NCBI RefSeq assembly: GCF_021869535.1
Contig: NW_026262667.1
Coordinates: forward strand, 8,618,001 to 8,682,000
DNA length: 64,000 bases
Origin: Mytilus californianus
Taxonomy: Eukaryota
Direction of reading: 5' to 3'
This document shows, piece by piece, positions 60,484-64,000 of the stretch (positions within the stretch are counted from its first letter, which is position 1; each line of letters begins with the position of its first letter). A program made the position numbers and the translations under genes. The notes beneath the pieces are model-generated. The model was not told the DNA's origin. It did no database searches and was given only the letters and a program-made list of their open reading frames with translations.

Positions 60484-60571
60484 GTAAGATGTTTGGCCTT
60501 TATGATTATCTTCTTACATTGCAGTACAAATTTATAAGTAACACAATGTTCATTATCACAAAAATTGATTT

Positions 60572-62850
60572 GGGCCTCAATGGCTGAGTGGTCTAAGTAG
60601 TTCTCAGTGGTTGAGTAGTCTAAGTAGTCCTCAGTGGCTAAGTAGTTCTCAGTGGCCAAGTGATCTAATAGTTCTCAGTGACCGAGTGGTCTAAGTAGTT
60701 CTCAGTGGCTGAGTGCAGTGAGTGGTCTAATTAGTTCTCAGTGGCTGAGTGGTCTATGTAGTTCTCAGTGGCCGAGTGGTCTATGTAGTTCTCAGTGGCC
60801 TAGTGGTCTAAGTAGTTCTCAGTGGCTGAGTGCAGTGAGTGGTCTAAGTAGTTCTCAGTGGCTGAGTGGTCTATGTAGTTCTCAGTTGTTGAGTGGTCTA
60901 AGTAGTTCTCAGTGGCTGAGTGCTCTAAGTAGTCCTCAGTGCCTGAGTGGTCTTAGTAGTTCTCAGTGGCTGAGTGGTCTAAGTAGTTCTCAGTGGCTGA
61001 GTGGTCTAAGTAGTTCTCAGTGGTTGAGTGGTCTAAGTAGTCCTCAGTGGCTGAGTGGTCTAAGTAGTCCTCAGTGGCTGAGTGGTCTAAGTAGTGCTCA
61101 GTGACTGAGTGGTCTATGTAGTTCTCAGTGGCTGAGTGGTCTAAGTAGTTCTCAGTGGCTGAGTGGTCTAAGTAGTTCTCAGTGGCTGAGTGGTCTAAAT
61201 AGTCCTCAGTGGCTGAGTGGTCTAAGTAGTTCTCAGTGGCTGAGTGGTCTAAGTAGTTCTCAGTGGCTGAGTGGTCTAAGTAGTTTTCAGTGGCTGAGTG
61301 TTCTAAGTAGTTCTCAGTGGCTGAGTGGTCTAAGTAGTTCTCAGTGGCTGATTGGTCTAAGTAGTTCTCAGTGGCTGAGTGGTCTAAGAAGTTCCCAGTG
61401 GCTGAGTGGTTTAAGTAGTTCTCAGTGGCTGAGTGGTCTAAGTAGTTCTCAGTGGCTGAGTGGTCTAAGTAGTTCTCAGTGGCTGAGTGGTCTAAGTAGT
61501 CCTCAGTGGCTGGGTGGTCTAAGTAGTTCTCAGTGGCTGAGTGGACTAAGTAGTTCTCAGTGGCCGAGTGGTCTAAGTAGTTCTCAGTGGTTGAGTGGTC
61601 TAAGTAGTCCTCAGTGGCTGAGTGGTCTAAGTAGTCCTCAGTGGCTGAGTGGTCTAAGTGGTTCTCAGTGGCTGAGTGTTCTAAGTAGTTCTCAGTGGCT
61701 GAGTGGTCTAAGTAGTTCTCAGTGGTTGAGTTGTCTAAGTAGTTCTCAGTGGCTGAGTGTTCTATGTAGTTCTCAGTGGCTGAGTGGTCTAAGTAGGTCT
61801 CAGTGACTGAGTGGTCTAAGTAGTCTTTAGTGGCTGAGTGGTCTAAGTAGTTCTCAGTGGCTGAGTGGTCTAAGTAGTTCCCAGTGGCTGAGTGGTTTAA
61901 GTAGTTCTCAGTGGCTGTCTTCAGTAGCTGAGTGGTCTAAGTAGTTCTCAGTGGCTGAGTGGTCTAAGTAGTTTTCAGTGGCTGAGTGGTCTAAGTAGTT
62001 CTCAGTGGCTGAGTGGTCTAAGTAGTTCTCAGTGACTGAGTGGTCTAAGTAGTTCTCAGTGGCTGAGTGTTCTATGTAGTTCTCAGTGGTTGAGTTGTCT
62101 AAGTAGTTCTCAGTGGCTGAGTGTTCTATGTAGTTCTCAGTGGGTGAGTGGTCTAAGTAGGTCTCAGTGGCTGATTTGTCTAAGTAGTCTTTAGTGGCTG
62201 GGTGGTCTAAGTAGTTCTCAGTGGTTGAGTGGTCTAAGTAGTCCTCAGTGGCTGAGTGGTCTAAGTAGTTTTCAGTGGCCGAGTGATCTATGTAGTTCTC
62301 AGTGGCTGAGTGGTCTAAGTAGTTCTCAGTGGCCGAGTGGTCTAAGTAGTTCTCAGTGGTTGAGTGGTCTAAGTAGTCCTCAGTGGCTGAGTGGTCTAAG
62401 TAGTCCTCAGTGGCTGAGTGGTCTAAGTAGTCCTCAGTGGCTGAGTGGTCTATGTAGTTCTCAGTGGCTGAGTGGTCTAAGTAGTTCTCAGTGGTTGAGT
62501 TGTCTAAGTAGTTCTCAGTGGCTGAGTGGTCTAAGTAGTTCTCAGTGGCTGAGTGGTCTAAGTAGTTCTCAGTGGCTGAGTGGTCTAAGTAGTTCTCAGT
62601 GGTTGAGTGGTCTAAGTTGTTTATCTACGATGATCACTAAAGTATTAATATCAAAGCTGAGATTTTGAGTTTGAACCCTGCTTGTGGCAGGCATGTTAGA
62701 CTCTGATCTTAGTTGATTCAGAATAGGATTGCCAGTTTTCCAGCAGAAATTCAGTGGTTCTTTCCAGCTTCCTCCTTCAACAAGAACTTGCTGACACGAT
62801 ATAGCTAAGAGTGCTGAAAGTGGCATTAAAATACAAACAATCACTCAACT
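60572..62850 (+). repeat. SINE copy whose 5' head is amplified into a ~2 kb satellite of ~75 x 27-bp units (ctcagtggctgagtggtctaagtagtt)
   Basis: The unit equals the head of the SINE at 36297-36553. After the array the SINE continues (gagtttgaaccc B-box, gcttcctcc core, ctgaaagtggcattaaa tail). aaaattgattt(ggg) flanks both sides (60561, 62851). Confidence 0.9.
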
Positions 62851-63323
62851 AAAATTGATTTGGGTCCCAATCAAAAGTACAAGATGGCCACCATAATGTC
62901 CATTGTACAAGGTTTTGAAAAGTCACTTGTGGTAAAAAAAAATGTACATGCCAATTTTTTCTATTTTTCAGCCAATCATCACTGTTTTATTGCTGTTGAT
63001 TATGAATTGTACATTTGAATATGCTATCATAATAATTATAACACAAATGAGCAAAGTTTGGCTTTATTTGATGCTTAAAATGCAATTTTATAATAGAAGA
63101 GAAAGGATATGGGGTGTCCATCCATGACACAAAATCAGGATATGGGGTGTCCATCCATGACACAAAATCATTATATGCACAGCAAAAAATACAAAAAGCA
63201 AAGGAACAGTGCTTTTATTGCTGTTCTTCATCTTTATAGTCTTTTTTGTACCTGTTGATTTTCAAAAGAATAATCATCACCCATTGATATGTTATAAAAA
63301 GATTTTTTTATGTATTTGTTTAG

Positions 63324-63382
63324 CCATCTGATGCTTTAATATGTGGTGAGATAGAGGGAGTACCTTGTGTTTTATTATCCAG
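63324..63382 (+). CDS. MTAP: MTAP coding exon 3 (gene continues beyond the window)
   Basis: tatttgtttag|CCA...CCAG|gtaagt, 59 nt. PSDALICGEIEGVPCVLLSR vs human [20 protein letters not shown]. Confidence 0.92.
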
Positions 63383-64000
63383 GTAAGTATAATTTGTTAA
63401 AACAATGTCAGTTACCTGGGAGAGCAAGAGTGGAAGACTACTTTTACACATAGGTCCTTGCTAACTACAAAAATAGGTTAAACTTTTTAGCATACTTGCC
63501 ATAAAATTGAGCAAAACCCATACTGTTTAGTAAGCTTTTAAAGGCACTTAGATGTCAAAATGTGAAGCAATTCAAAATAGAAAACAAATGGCACGATGTA
63601 AACTTATAACATATAATAAGAGACAATTATGCCAGACATCAACCAATGACAACCACTGGACTACAGGCACCTGGCTTGGGATAGGATCATAAAAAAATGT
63701 GCAGGGTTCAAACATGTTTGTCAGTGCTACTTCCAGTCACTGTAATAGAAAGCTTTATTTGAACTAATATATAGATCATGTTTACCCAGACTAAAATATG
63801 AAATAGTACACCTCTAAAATATTCTGTATAAAGACCTGATAAACAGTATAAGAAATCATGAATTTTTGAAAATTTAATGCCAAAAGTATTGATGGGATGC
63901 AGGAATGTAAGTTTTCAGTAATAGCTGGATAGCAATATATATTTATTTATGTAAATTATGTACAATAACATCAATATTAGAACTTAAAAAGACAATATTC

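Noticed and set aside
60718-62668. ORFs reading (SSQWLSGLS)n at 60718, 61591 and 62225
   Set aside because: Translation of the 27-bp satellite; no splice context or coding signal, and it lies in MTAP intron 2.
63105-63175. 33-bp direct duplication (aggatatggggtgtccatccatgacacaaaatc); similar 53-bp duplication at ~12135-12245
   Set aside because: Simple local slippage duplications with no further structure.

Overview
AT-rich animal genomic DNA with spliceosomal introns. The repeat families and gene content suggest a bivalve mollusc, probably Mytilus (inference from recognition, not from a search). I assembled four genes by hand from splice signals and reading phase. (1) A minus-strand 6-coding-exon gene (25662->14548, 1174 aa): zinc knuckle + PR/SET domain (PRDM10/15-like, split by a ~315-aa insert) + AT-hooks + seven PLAG1-type C2H2 fingers + Q-rich tail. 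(2) CHCHD7/COX23 on the plus strand (28191->41128, 131 aa, with a GC-AG intron), head-to-head with the PLAG-like gene as human PLAG1-CHCHD7 is. (3) A minus-strand 8-exon type I receptor (53482->43755, 447 aa): F-type-lectin-like domain + EGF-like repeats + TM + ITAM-like tail. (4) The first three exons of MTAP (58274->, plus strand, continues past the window). There may also be terminal exons of an unidentified plus-strand gene at 10.6-11.0 kb. The rest is dense in repeats: Penelope-like retroelement relics, hammerhead-ribozyme relics, tRNA/V-domain SINEs, Helentron-like elements with internal tandem arrays, MITEs, LINE 3' fragments and minisatellites. Standout observations are the PR-PLAG fusion and its conserved pairing with CHCHD7, a 5-copy tandem splice-acceptor array at the PR exon, a ~2 kb satellite amplified from the Pol III A-box head of one SINE copy, and a 2.7 kb CAC...GTG TIR element with a 5-bp TSD.
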